Of a stretch of DNA of 64,000 nucleotides, positions 20,572-29,724 are shown in pieces; positions within the stretch are counted from its first letter, which is position 1; each line of letters begins with the position of its first letter. The DNA lies in contig JBHYGA010000006.1 of NCBI GenBank assembly GCA_051859245.1, positions 96,001 through 160,000 on the forward strand, in the 5' to 3' direction. The position numbers were made by a program, and so were the translations under genes. This DNA comes from Gemmatimonadaceae bacterium (lineage in GTDB: Bacteria; Gemmatimonadota; Gemmatimonadetes; Gemmatimonadales; Gemmatimonadaceae). Below the pieces are notes generated by a model. That model worked only from the letters and a program-made list of their open reading frames with translations, ran no database searches and had not been told where the DNA came from.

Positions 20572-20661
20572 GGAAGATCTGTGGTGACGCGAGCAGGCAT
20601 GCGACTGGCAGAAGGTGGACAACGCGGGCAGTTCTGGCCGCCCGTCACGGATCACTCTACA

Positions 20662-20677
20662 AGCACAAACTGTGCCG
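20662..20677 (-). promoter_or_regulatory. Sigma54-like -24/-12 promoter of the leftward glycan operon
   Basis: Minus strand CGGCACAGTTTGTGCT has GG-N10-GC and resembles TGGCACG-N4-TTGCW. Confidence 0.65.
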
Positions 20678-20730
20678 TTTGCAAGTTGATGTTATGCAAT
20701 GACTTATCGAACAAGTCGCGCAGCGGTATT

Positions 20731-20745
20731 CGGCAATACTTGCCG
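20731..20745. promoter_or_regulatory. Palindromic enhancer-like site 1 (CGGCAA-TAC-TTGCCG)
   Basis: Perfect 6-3-6 inverted repeat; the same motif recurs about 80 bp downstream. Confidence 0.65.
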
Positions 20746-20809
20746 GTTCTAGCGATTTTACAGGCAGAGATCGGCTGGGGAGCTTAACGCGCGGTACAGT
20801 GCTTTCTTG

Positions 20810-20828
20810 ATCGGCAATAGTTGCCGAT
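20810..20828. promoter_or_regulatory. Palindromic enhancer-like site 2 (ATCGGCAA-TAG-TTGCCGAT)
   Basis: Perfect 8-3-8 inverted repeat between the two divergent sigma54-like promoters. Confidence 0.68.
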
Positions 20829-20911
20829 GCTGCCCGCAGGATCGGCAAGAGCGTCGCAGGGCGCTCTCGTGTAAAATCATTTAAATCTTTGCTATTGAAC
20901 GACTTGGGCTT

Positions 20912-20927
20912 TGGCACGAATCGTGTA
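20912..20927 (+). promoter_or_regulatory. Sigma54-like promoter of the rightward glycan operon
   Basis: TGGCACG-AATC-GTGTA: perfect -24 element, variant -12 (GT instead of GC); preceded by an AT-rich IHF-like tract at about 20875-20905. Confidence 0.55.
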
Positions 20928-20974
20928 TTTATGAGTCGCGTTCGCGTGACGCATTCACCGCTTCGCACCTAGCC

Positions 20975-22852
20975 ATGACAAGTTCTGCCGCCTCAACCTC
21001 CGCGCCTGATCGCATTGACAGCGTCCAACTCACCGCGGACGGCGCGCCGCGTTTTGTTGTGCCGGCCCGTCCAGACCACCCGGATTGGGCGCAGGCCGCC
21101 GAGCTCGAGCCCGCGGGCGGCGTGGCGGCGGAAGTGCGCGTGTTCCTTGACGAGCAGATCAGCACCGGTGATCTGGTCATCGACCTCGCACCCGGACTTG
21201 GCTTCGTGGCGCTCAGCGCGGCCACCGCGCCGAACGGTGTGGCCACGGTCTTTGTGGCCGGCCTCGAAGAGTCGGACCTGACCGCGATGCAGGATGCAGC
21301 CGCGGACGCTGGGGCCTGGGTGGAGGGCATGTCGAGCGAGCCGTGGGAAGAAATCGCCGACGCCCTGGCCTCGCGGCTGGAGCCGGATGGTGGTGTGTTT
21401 GTGCATGCCGCGGCCTCGGATGTGGTGCTCGTATGCGATCGACTCAGCGCGCTCTGTGCGTCGGGCCGCCTGCTGGCGCTGTGCGTGAGTGATGTGATCG
21501 ATGATGCGCAGTGGCCCGCGCTTCAGGCCGCGCTGCAAAGCGCCAAACTTTCCGCCTGCCAGTTGGCGGAGCAGGATGGGGCCGTCGTGCTCGTTCCGGT
21601 GCATCACGCGCCCGCGTCGGCGCTGATCGCGGTGCCGGCCAACCTGTTTGAGGCGGCGCCAATTCATGATGATGTCAGCGCCGCGCCCAGCAACTATGAA
21701 GACGCGATCTTTTCTGTGCTGCCTGAAGCCGAGACCGGTCGCACGGCACTGCACGAGTCATGGGATGCCCTGCGCGACGGACTGGCACTGAGCGCGCCGC
21801 ACTCGCGAACCGGATACGGCGTGACGGGTGCACACCTGCTGCGCGCACTGCAAGCCCAAGGTGTTCCCGTCGCGTTCTTTCCGATGGGCGCGGTGGATCG
21901 TTCCATTACACACAACGCCGCACTTGATCAGGCGTTGCAGGCGCCCGCGGCGTTTCGTGCGGATGTGCCGAGTGTGCGCCTGGCACAGGCGTTTGATCTC
22001 GCACAGCACGCGGGGCGCGGACCACGCGTTGGCTTCACGATTTTTGAGACGGACGCATTCAGCGACAGCGAAATGCAGCATCTGCGTATGCAGGACGCCG
22101 TGATTGTCTGTACGCCGTGGGCGCGCGACGTGTGCTACGCAAACGGACTTGCTGATCGTCCGGTGTTTGTCGTGCCATTGGGTGTCGATCGCGACATCTA
22201 CAATGAACATGTGCAGCCAGTGCGCACGTGGCCGGAGACGGTCTTCCTGCAAGTGGGCAAGTTGGAGACACGCAAGGGCCAGCTGGAATTACTGCGTGCT
22301 TTTGAAGCGGCATTCACGCCGAGCGATGCTGTTCGTCTGGTGCTCGCCTGTCACAATCCATTTGTCAAAAAGGACGCGTTCGAGGCCGAACTCGCACCGT
22401 TCCGGACCTCGCCGATGGCGGCGCGCATCACGATTCTCGGCAGTGAGCTTGCGACGTCACGCGATGTGGCGGCGCTGATGGCGGCCGCTGATTGCGGCGT
22501 GTTCCCCGCGCGTGCCGAAGGATGGAATCTTGAAGCGCTCGAGATGCTGAGCATGGGCAAACCGGTCATTGCCACGGCAGCGACTGCGCACACCGCATTC
22601 ATGACTGAACACAATGCGCGTCTGATCACAATGAATGCAATGGAGCCCGCGCTTGGTGGTCGCATTGCGGGCCGCTGGCCGGCGTGGGGCGCGGCGCAGC
22701 ACGAACAGTTGGTGGAGCGACTGCGCGACGTGCATCGCGAACGTACGAGTGGATCGTTGCAGCGAAACAACGCAGGCATCGCCACGGCACAGGCGCACAG
22801 CTGGGATGCGAGTGCGTCCGCGCTGCTATCCGCGCTTTCTCACATCGCGTAA
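20975..22852 (+). CDS. GT4-like glycosyltransferase with N-terminal methyltransferase-like domain
   Basis: N-terminal GDLVIDLAPGLGFVAL (SAM motif I-like); C-terminal TGYG, GKLETRKGQ, FPARAEGWNLEALEMLSMGKP. Confidence 0.8.
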   Translation: MTSSAASTSAPDRIDSVQLTADGAPRFVVPARPDHPDWAQAAELEPAGGVAAEVRVFLDEQISTGDLVIDLAPGLGFVALSAATAPNGVATVFVAGLEESDLTAMQDAAADAGAWVEGMSSEPWEEIADALASRLEPDGGVFVHAAASDVVLVCDRLSALCASGRLLALCVSDVIDDAQWPALQAALQSAKLSACQLAEQDGAVVLVPVHHAPASALIAVPANLFEAAPIHDDVSAAPSNYEDAIFSVLPEAETGRTALHESWDALRDGLALSAPHSRTGYGVTGAHLLRALQAQGVPVAFFPMGAVDRSITHNAALDQALQAPAAFRADVPSVRLAQAFDLAQHAGRGPRVGFTIFETDAFSDSEMQHLRMQDAVIVCTPWARDVCYANGLADRPVFVVPLGVDRDIYNEHVQPVRTWPETVFLQVGKLETRKGQLELLRAFEAAFTPSDAVRLVLACHNPFVKKDAFEAELAPFRTSPMAARITILGSELATSRDVAALMAAADCGVFPARAEGWNLEALEMLSMGKPVIATAATAHTAFMTEHNARLITMNAMEPALGGRIAGRWPAWGAAQHEQLVERLRDVHRERTSGSLQRNNAGIATAQAHSWDASASALLSALSHIA

Positions 22853-22862
22853 CCTGCACGGG

Positions 22863-24005
22863 ATGATCGCGGCCGACATGCGATTGTTGACGATTGCCTT
22901 TGCGGGCACGGATCAAGGCGGTGTGCACCGAAAGCTCGGCGAGCAGGTGCGCGAGATTCGTTGCACCGTGCCGCATACACGGTCACTGGTGTTCGCCGAT
23001 ACGCGAGTAGCGGCAGCTTCTGCAGATGCTCCGTATGAGCTGATCGATCTGGCCGGTGGTGGATTTGATCCGGTCAGTCGCGCCCGCGCGTTTCAGATCT
23101 GTCGCGACGCGGTGGCCGAACACAAGCCGGATGTGGTGTATATGCGCTATCCGCTCTACGATGCGCATGTCGAACAGTTTGTGCGTGAAGCGCCGCCCGT
23201 GGTCTTTGAGATTCAAACAAAGTTTGATCTTGAAATGCCGGCCTCAGCCGGTGCAGTAGAACGCGAGTGGGCGACGCGCATTTTGCCGCTCAGTGCGGGT
23301 GTTGTGGCGGTTACGCCCGAGATTCTGGCGTACGAACGAGGCCGAGCCGGTTGGAATATTCCGGGGCACGTGATGTCAAACGGCGCCGATCCCGCAGCGA
23401 TTCCGTTCGCGTTACCAACACTCGCCAGTGATCGTGTTGATCTGTTGTGTGTGGCGTCGTTTTACCTGTGGCACGGCATTGATCGCGTGATCTGCGGAAT
23501 GGCCGCCGAACCTGATGTGCGCGATGTGCATCTCAATCTTGTGGGCGACGGACCTGCGCTCGCGCCGTTGCTCAAGCTGGCGCACGAGCTTGGAGTGGCT
23601 GATCGCGTGCACTCCGCGGGACTCAAATCTGCGAATGAACTTACGCCGTCGTTCGAGCGCGCACATCTGGCGCTCGGTGTGCTTGCACCACAGCGCAAAG
23701 GATTGACGGAGCTCTCGGCGCTCAAACATCGCGAGTATGTACTGCGTGGTGTTCCGTTCGTGACCGCGGGCCGGGACATTGACTTCGCGGGCAACGTGCC
23801 GTGGATGCGCACAGTCGACTCCGACGACTCCCCGATTTCGCCGCGCATGCTGCGCGCGTTCGCCATGTCGTGGACACACGAAAAGCGTCGCCGACAGATT
23901 CGCGCGTGGGGTGAAGCGAATGTGAGCTGGGCCGCCAAGATTCCGCCGCTGCTCGAGTTCCTCTCGGCGCGCCGGCGCGTGGCATCACTCGTAGACGCGG
24001 CCTGA
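22863..24005 (+). CDS. GT4-like glycosyltransferase
   Basis: PDVVYMRY, SNGAD, WHGIDRVI, LVGDG, ALKHREY. Start 22863 or 22878. Confidence 0.82.
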   Translation: MIAADMRLLTIAFAGTDQGGVHRKLGEQVREIRCTVPHTRSLVFADTRVAAASADAPYELIDLAGGGFDPVSRARAFQICRDAVAEHKPDVVYMRYPLYDAHVEQFVREAPPVVFEIQTKFDLEMPASAGAVEREWATRILPLSAGVVAVTPEILAYERGRAGWNIPGHVMSNGADPAAIPFALPTLASDRVDLLCVASFYLWHGIDRVICGMAAEPDVRDVHLNLVGDGPALAPLLKLAHELGVADRVHSAGLKSANELTPSFERAHLALGVLAPQRKGLTELSALKHREYVLRGVPFVTAGRDIDFAGNVPWMRTVDSDDSPISPRMLRAFAMSWTHEKRRRQIRAWGEANVSWAAKIPPLLEFLSARRRVASLVDAA

Positions 24006-24012
24006 GACGGAC

Positions 24013-25755
24013 ATGTGCGGAATCACCGGACTTCTTGACTTCACGCGTGGTGCCAACGAGAGCGCGATTGACGCGTTCACCGACGCGCTCGCGCACCGTG
24101 GACCTGATGGTCGCGGTACATGGTGCGCTGGTCCGATCGCCCTCGGGCACAGGCGCCTTGCGATTCTGGATCCGTCGCCGGCAGGTGCGTGTCCTATGGA
24201 GTACCACGCCCCCGATGGACACATCCTGCGTATCACGTTCAACGGTGAGGTCTACAATTTTCTTGAGTTGCGCGCCGAACTGCAGCGCGATGGCTACCCA
24301 TTTCGTACCGACACGGACACGGAAGTTGTCGTGGCCGCGTGGCATCGCTGGGGCGCCGCGTGTCAGACACGATTCAACGGCATGTGGGCGTTTGCTATCT
24401 GGAATGATGTCACGCAGACACTGGTGCTTTCGCGCGATCGATTTGGCGTGAAGCCGCTATATGTGTACGGACAGGGCACGATGATTGCTTTTGCGTCGGA
24501 GATCAAAGCTTTTCTGGCGCTGCCTGGTATCACCCGTCGTTTGAATGCAGAAGCCGCGTCGGCGTTCTTCACGAATCCCAGTGCCTATGATGGAATCAGT
24601 GCCGGCACTGCGCTTGATGGCGTCATGCGAGTGGCACCTGGACATTCGCTTACCATCAGCCCGAAAGGCACAGCCGGATTTGAACGGTGGTGGGACACGT
24701 CCGCGCATCTGCCGGAGGTGCCGACGCGCCATGAAGAGCAGGTCGCCCAGTTTCGCGAACTGTTTCTTGATGCCGTGCGCCTTCGCATGCGAAGCGATGT
24801 GGCGATTGGCACATCGCTGTCCGGTGGTCTCGATTCGAGCGCCGTTGCCTCAGCGATGGCAGAAGTTGCACGCGCCAGTAGCAGCGCCGAACGCACGCGA
24901 TGTGCAAGCGATTGGCAGCGCACATTCATTGCCACGTTTCCTGGTCATCAGGTGGACGAGCGTGTGTTCGCGGAAATGGTGGTGCAGCACACAGGCGCGT
25001 CGCCGCACTACTGGAGCTTTCATCCGGGTGCCGCACTTCGCGATTTGCCGGCCAGTGTGCTCGCGCTCGACGACCTGAGTGCCGCACCGGCGGTTCCGAT
25101 TCTGAATATCTATCGGCTCATGCGGACGCACGGCGTGGTCGTCACTCTCGATGGACACGGCGGCGACGAACTGCTCGCCGGTTATCCGTGGTATCGCGAC
25201 ATTCCGCTGGCGGACGTAAACGCCGCACTGGGCCGCGATTTTCACATCACGCACTTGCCGTCCATTCTGCGCAACTACGACGGTTGTTCGATGGCGAACG
25301 GTGTGGAGGTGCGCTCACCCTTCATGGATTGGCGCTTGGTCACGTTCGCCTCGGCGCTGCCCGCTCAAGCGAAGCTCTCGCCCACGTACACCAAGCAGAT
25401 TCTGCGCGATGCGCTGGTCGGCATCTTGCCTGAAGGCATTCGCACACGCGTAAGCAAGCTGGGCTTCGAATCACCCCTTGTTTCGTGGGCGAACGGAGCG
25501 CTCGGCCCGGTACTGCTCGCCGCGAGCAAGACGGATGCGTGGCGCGAAGCGCCGGCGTCGGCGCAGTCAGCCGCCGTGGCATCCATTGTCGCCGAACGAA
25601 CGCGCAGCCGCAATTTTACCGAGGCTGATCGTGTGGCGGTCGCATTCGCCTACCGCTTGCTGAACTTTGTGCTGTGGAGCGAACACTATCTTGGCGCGGG
25701 TGATCGCATCACCCGAATGCTCGGCGGTGCTGCGCCGTTGGCACGCGCTGGATAA
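24013..25755 (+). CDS. asnB: Second asparagine synthase-like glutamine amidotransferase
   Basis: MCGITG, HRGPDG, GHRRLAILD, FNGEVYN, LSGGLDSS, DGHGGDELLAGY, EVRSPFMD, KLGF. Confidence 0.9.
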   Translation: MCGITGLLDFTRGANESAIDAFTDALAHRGPDGRGTWCAGPIALGHRRLAILDPSPAGACPMEYHAPDGHILRITFNGEVYNFLELRAELQRDGYPFRTDTDTEVVVAAWHRWGAACQTRFNGMWAFAIWNDVTQTLVLSRDRFGVKPLYVYGQGTMIAFASEIKAFLALPGITRRLNAEAASAFFTNPSAYDGISAGTALDGVMRVAPGHSLTISPKGTAGFERWWDTSAHLPEVPTRHEEQVAQFRELFLDAVRLRMRSDVAIGTSLSGGLDSSAVASAMAEVARASSSAERTRCASDWQRTFIATFPGHQVDERVFAEMVVQHTGASPHYWSFHPGAALRDLPASVLALDDLSAAPAVPILNIYRLMRTHGVVVTLDGHGGDELLAGYPWYRDIPLADVNAALGRDFHITHLPSILRNYDGCSMANGVEVRSPFMDWRLVTFASALPAQAKLSPTYTKQILRDALVGILPEGIRTRVSKLGFESPLVSWANGALGPVLLAASKTDAWREAPASAQSAAVASIVAERTRSRNFTEADRVAVAFAYRLLNFVLWSEHYLGAGDRITRMLGGAAPLARAG

Positions 25756-25761
25756 CGGTTC

Positions 25762-27531
25762 GTGAACGCCTCGAGTCAGCATGCCGAAAGTGCGTCGCGC
25801 CTGTTCGTGGGCATTCTCACGCACAACGGATTGCATCACACAGTGCGTTGCCTCGATTCGTTGCGGGAGCACACACAGTCGCCGTGGCAAGCGCTCGTGC
25901 TCGACAACGCGTCGAGCGACGACACGCCCGCGTACTTGCGGCAGCTTGATGACGCGCGCATCACCGTGCACTGTGGCGACCAGAATCTCGGTGTAAGCGG
26001 CGGTCGCAACTGGTTGATCACGCAGCTGCTGCCGCAGATGCAGGACAATGACTGCATTGTGCTTCTCGACAACGATATCGAGGTCTTCGACGGCTGGGAT
26101 GCACCGTTTGTTGAAGCCTTCGCCGCACATCCGAAACTCGGCGTAGCGGGTCGTTGGGCATTTTCCATGCGCGTACACGACACCTGGCGCGACATTCTGG
26201 GTGAAGACAGCGCGACGTCCGGACCAGTGGACACGGTGCAGGGATGCTGCTTCTGGATTCGCGCCGCGACTGCTCGTGATGTTGGCGTGTTCGACGAAGC
26301 ACTCGGCGGATTCTGGCATGAAGACGACGACTACTGCATTCGTGCGCTCACTGCGGGATGGGACGTACGCCGCGTTGCGAGCGACGCGATTGTGCATCAC
26401 GAACACGGCTCGGGCGTGGCGCTACGTCCGGACAAACTCGTTGGTTCGTGGCGGAATCAGGCGTACCTCGCGAATAAATGGCGCTCCATGAACGCCATTG
26501 GGCTGCTCGGCGTACCGATTCGCCCGCTCACTGACGAGCTACAGCCAGTGTGCAACGCACTGTCGCAGCGCACGAAACGACCCATACTACGTACCGAGGT
26601 CAACTCGGCGATCAACAGTGCCGCGCTGCTGATGCACGCGACACTTGAGGCAGACCATGTCGCAGCGATAGCGACACCGCTCGCGCGCATGATGCTCAGT
26701 GATGCAACTGCAGGTGAAGGTGAAGTCGCTGAGAAGGCCAGAGCCGCACTGGCGAGCGTGACGAATACCGTCGCCGCACGCAGAGTCAGCGCTCCCGCCG
26801 GCGCGGCGTCCCGCGCGTTCAGCAGCGTGTGTACCCCCGAGAGTTGGGAAGACGCACGCTGGTCCGATTCGTTCACGCATGGATTTCGCAACGGAGCCGG
26901 TCTCGATTTTTCAACGCGCACTGAATCCATGTGGCGTGACGGGCAGTTGCTGCATGCACTGCGTGCAACCGGCGTACTGAAGCGCGACGCGCGCGTACTG
27001 TTTGTGGGTCAATCGTTTGAACCGCTGATCGCGGCACTGTCGTACCATGTGCGCGAGCTGGTCATTGCTGACCGCGAGCTGCTCAGCGATGCTCAAGTGA
27101 TCGGGCGTGCGCAACAGATGTTGGGGAACGCGCGGCTGACGTATGCAACCTGGCCGGCTAACCCTGCAGAACAGTTCGATGTGGTTGTTTGCGCCAACGC
27201 GTCACGCTATGCACGCGCGGGAGACTTTCCCGAACTGCTACGGGCACTCGCGAATCATACGCGGTCTGGTGCGCTGACTGCCGTTGGCGTCTCCGTGCGC
27301 GTGGCAGGGCCGGCCGACGGAACGTGGGTTGAGCTCGACACGCTCGCGGATGATCACACGTTGCAACAGTCAGGTCTTCGTCGCGTGGGCGGATTAAATG
27401 CCGATGTGAGCGACGAAGTGCTGCGCGCGGCTGTTCCTGATCGATTGCGGACAACGTTGCGGCCATCACTCGCGCGGGCGATCGGTGCGCACTGTGTCTC
27501 AATGGCAACGCTGGTCGCAAAGCGCGTTTAG
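25762..27531 (+). CDS. GT2 glycosyltransferase with C-terminal methyltransferase-like extension
   Basis: VLDNASSDDT, NLGVSGGRN, LLDND (DxD), GVFDE, EDDDY; the C-terminal ~200 aa has RVLFVG...FDVVVC. Confidence 0.82.
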   Translation: MNASSQHAESASRLFVGILTHNGLHHTVRCLDSLREHTQSPWQALVLDNASSDDTPAYLRQLDDARITVHCGDQNLGVSGGRNWLITQLLPQMQDNDCIVLLDNDIEVFDGWDAPFVEAFAAHPKLGVAGRWAFSMRVHDTWRDILGEDSATSGPVDTVQGCCFWIRAATARDVGVFDEALGGFWHEDDDYCIRALTAGWDVRRVASDAIVHHEHGSGVALRPDKLVGSWRNQAYLANKWRSMNAIGLLGVPIRPLTDELQPVCNALSQRTKRPILRTEVNSAINSAALLMHATLEADHVAAIATPLARMMLSDATAGEGEVAEKARAALASVTNTVAARRVSAPAGAASRAFSSVCTPESWEDARWSDSFTHGFRNGAGLDFSTRTESMWRDGQLLHALRATGVLKRDARVLFVGQSFEPLIAALSYHVRELVIADRELLSDAQVIGRAQQMLGNARLTYATWPANPAEQFDVVVCANASRYARAGDFPELLRALANHTRSGALTAVGVSVRVAGPADGTWVELDTLADDHTLQQSGLRRVGGLNADVSDEVLRAAVPDRLRTTLRPSLARAIGAHCVSMATLVAKRV

Positions 27532-27572
27532 GCTGTCGCACTACAGAAACGCAAAACGCTTGATGCTTGTTA

Positions 27573-27998
27573 TCACGGCGAAACAGGGAGCTGCAACACT
27601 AGAACCTTGAAGCCATTCTGCATCAAACCATCAGCGTAAACCGTCAGTGTTCTGGCCGGTTCAGTCGCGATCATCAGCGTGTGCCGAAATACACGGTTCG
27701 AATCAGTGCAAGTGCGCGATCGCTCGGCGGTCAACCGCACAAACAACGAGTCATTGCGGTAGATGTCGCTCGCGTCGACTATTTGCGCGCACGCTTCTGG
27801 CTCGAAGCGCCCGTCTACGTACACTCGGAGACGTTCTGTTGCCGACTGATTCGAGGGCACCCACACGCTATCTACTCGCGCCGCCACGAAATCATTCGGC
27901 GGGCCTAGTGAACGATCGCAGCCGCCAAACGGCAGCAGAGCCATCAGCAAAACGCCGAGGAGGGCTGGACGCATGGAGATCTGTCTGCGCACGGACAT
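27573..27998 (-). CDS. Hypothetical lipoprotein
   Basis: Hydrophobic signal LLGVLLMALLPFGGC with lipobox-like Cys; beta-rich body with two more Cys. Start uncertain (27998 or 27974). Confidence 0.55.
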   Translation of the reverse strand: MSVRRQISMRPALLGVLLMALLPFGGCDRSLGPPNDFVAARVDSVWVPSNQSATERLRVYVDGRFEPEACAQIVDASDIYRNDSLFVRLTAERSRTCTDSNRVFRHTLMIATEPARTLTVYADGLMQNGFKVLVLQLPVSP

Positions 27999-28160
27999 GA
28001 TCGTTTCGCGCATCATCCTGCTCATCCAGGGATGAAAGAAGCGTGCGAATAACAGCGACTGTTGCATTCCAGATAGTCGAACGTAACCCAGACTACACCG
28101 CGGGTTCCATTGATCGCTCGGAATTGGGCCGCGTCCGAATCTGAGGCGACAGCTGGTCGC

Positions 28161-29585
28161 TCAGCGGCGCGTGTCAAGACTGTGCGCTTGAATTCGCGTA
28201 CTGACCTGCTCCACCACCGAAGCCCAGTCACCACTCGTGGGCTGACGTATAAGTTCGAGCGTGGGGTACCAGACGCTTTGCGTACCACGCAATCCCCAGC
28301 GCCAATCGGGCACGTGCTGCAGCATGACCAGCGTACGCACGCCCATCGCGCCAGCCAGATGCGCGATGCCGGTATCAGTGGTCACTAACACATCAAGCTC
28401 GGCAAGTTGTGCGGCGGTATCGGCCCACTCTGATAGCGCGCCAACTGTGCGCACATGCGCGGGCAACGCCGAGACATCGGTGCCCTGTTGCAATGACAGC
28501 ACCGAAAGGTCCGGTACCTTAGCGAGTTGCTCGAGCAGCATCAACAACGCGTCCGAACTCAAGTCACGCGTAAATCGCCCGGGAAAGGCGGCGTTGCCAG
28601 ACCAGACAAGGCCGACGCGTCGGACAGCCCGGTCAACCTCCGTTGCAACAACGCGCGCTCGCAAATACGGTACGCGTGTTGCCTGCACATCGACATCGAG
28701 CTCAAGGCGATACGGCAGCGACAGCAGCGGCACGTGAAAATCCGTCTCCACACGTGAACCGCGTGCGACGGCATCGTAGCCGTTTGCCACGAACAACTCG
28801 ACCGCGTGCGGGTGACACTCCACCACGACTCGAGCCGCGCCGCGCTCGGCCAACAGGTGCACGAACCGCAGAAACTGAAACTGGTCTCCCACGCCCTGTT
28901 CTGCGGTCACCAGTATCGAGCAGCCGGCAAGCGCTTCACCGTGCCAGGGACGCGCGCTCGTGGCCGGAACAGGCAGCGGCCGGTTCTCAAATAGTGCCCA
29001 CCCGTGCGCCGAGATGCGGTCGATGAGCGACGTGTACGCTGCTTGCACTCGCGTGGGCGCATGTCCGGGTCGCACCTGCTCCGCCTGTTTCAACCACCGG
29101 CGCGCACCAACCAGGTCGCCGAGATCGTGTCGGACCTGCGCCGCGGTGAGCAAGAACGCCGCTTGCCTCGGCGCGAGTTGCGCAGCGCGCTGCGCGAGTG
29201 GCCAAGCTTCGGTCACACGACCCTGCGTACGAAGTGCGCCAGCAAGCGCCGACAGCGCGGCTGGATCCTTACCATGTGATTTCACCACGTGCTGCAGACA
29301 CATTGTCGCTTCAACCGGCGCCCCCGCGTCGAGCAGCGCGGTGCCAAGCGCGTACGCGGCGGCGCTGTCTTGCCAGTCACCCGACGCAAACGCGTCGAGC
29401 AGCACCGCGCGTCGGCTCACCCCATCGTCCCGCAACGTGTGCACGTTGGCCAGGGCAATCGCGATCGAGACATCGGATGGAGCGGCAAGTCGAGCGCGTT
29501 CAAATGCTGCGGCGGCCGCCGTTAGGTCCGACGCGGTCATTGCCGCCTCGCCCTCGAGCAGCGCCCGCACTAGCTCCGCGCTCAC
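28161..29585 (-). CDS. TPR-repeat protein fused to a GT9-like glycosyltransferase domain
   Basis: N-terminal Ala-rich TPR-like helices; WHGE...EQGVGDQFQFLRF, PLLSLP, VGLVWSG, TDTGIAHLAGAMG, DWRW, WYPTLELIRQ. Confidence 0.85.
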   Translation of the reverse strand: MSAELVRALLEGEAAMTASDLTAAAAAFERARLAAPSDVSIAIALANVHTLRDDGVSRRAVLLDAFASGDWQDSAAAYALGTALLDAGAPVEATMCLQHVVKSHGKDPAALSALAGALRTQGRVTEAWPLAQRAAQLAPRQAAFLLTAAQVRHDLGDLVGARRWLKQAEQVRPGHAPTRVQAAYTSLIDRISAHGWALFENRPLPVPATSARPWHGEALAGCSILVTAEQGVGDQFQFLRFVHLLAERGAARVVVECHPHAVELFVANGYDAVARGSRVETDFHVPLLSLPYRLELDVDVQATRVPYLRARVVATEVDRAVRRVGLVWSGNAAFPGRFTRDLSSDALLMLLEQLAKVPDLSVLSLQQGTDVSALPAHVRTVGALSEWADTAAQLAELDVLVTTDTGIAHLAGAMGVRTLVMLQHVPDWRWGLRGTQSVWYPTLELIRQPTSGDWASVVEQVSTRIQAHSLDTRR

Positions 29586-29724
29586 AAAACCCGTCCTTCT
29601 ATATGAAAGAGCGTAGCGTCATCGAAAAACGTGGCAAAATGCACGATCAACGCACGTTCAGACGCGCCGCGTAACGGTGGGTTCCCAGGCCGTGAGAGCG
29701 CCAAAACTTGTTGAATCAAAACGC

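Noticed and set aside
18670..25755. AsnB-like genes as lasso-peptide cyclases
   Set aside because: Both keep the N-terminal Cys glutaminase domain, and no precursor, B1/B2 proteins or transporter is seen.
11744..29585. Island as an O-antigen/capsule locus or a recent mobile insertion
   Set aside because: No wzx, wzy, wzm/wzt, wza or waaL; no integrase, transposase, tRNA or flanking repeats; no obvious compositional shift by eye (not computed).
29680..29716. Possible minus-strand sigma54 promoter (TGGCGCTCTCACGGC) with an IHF-like tract upstream of the TPR-GT gene
   Set aside because: GG-N10-GC spacing fits but the -12 element (CGGC) is poor and there is no CGGCAA palindrome nearby; likely chance in GC-rich DNA.
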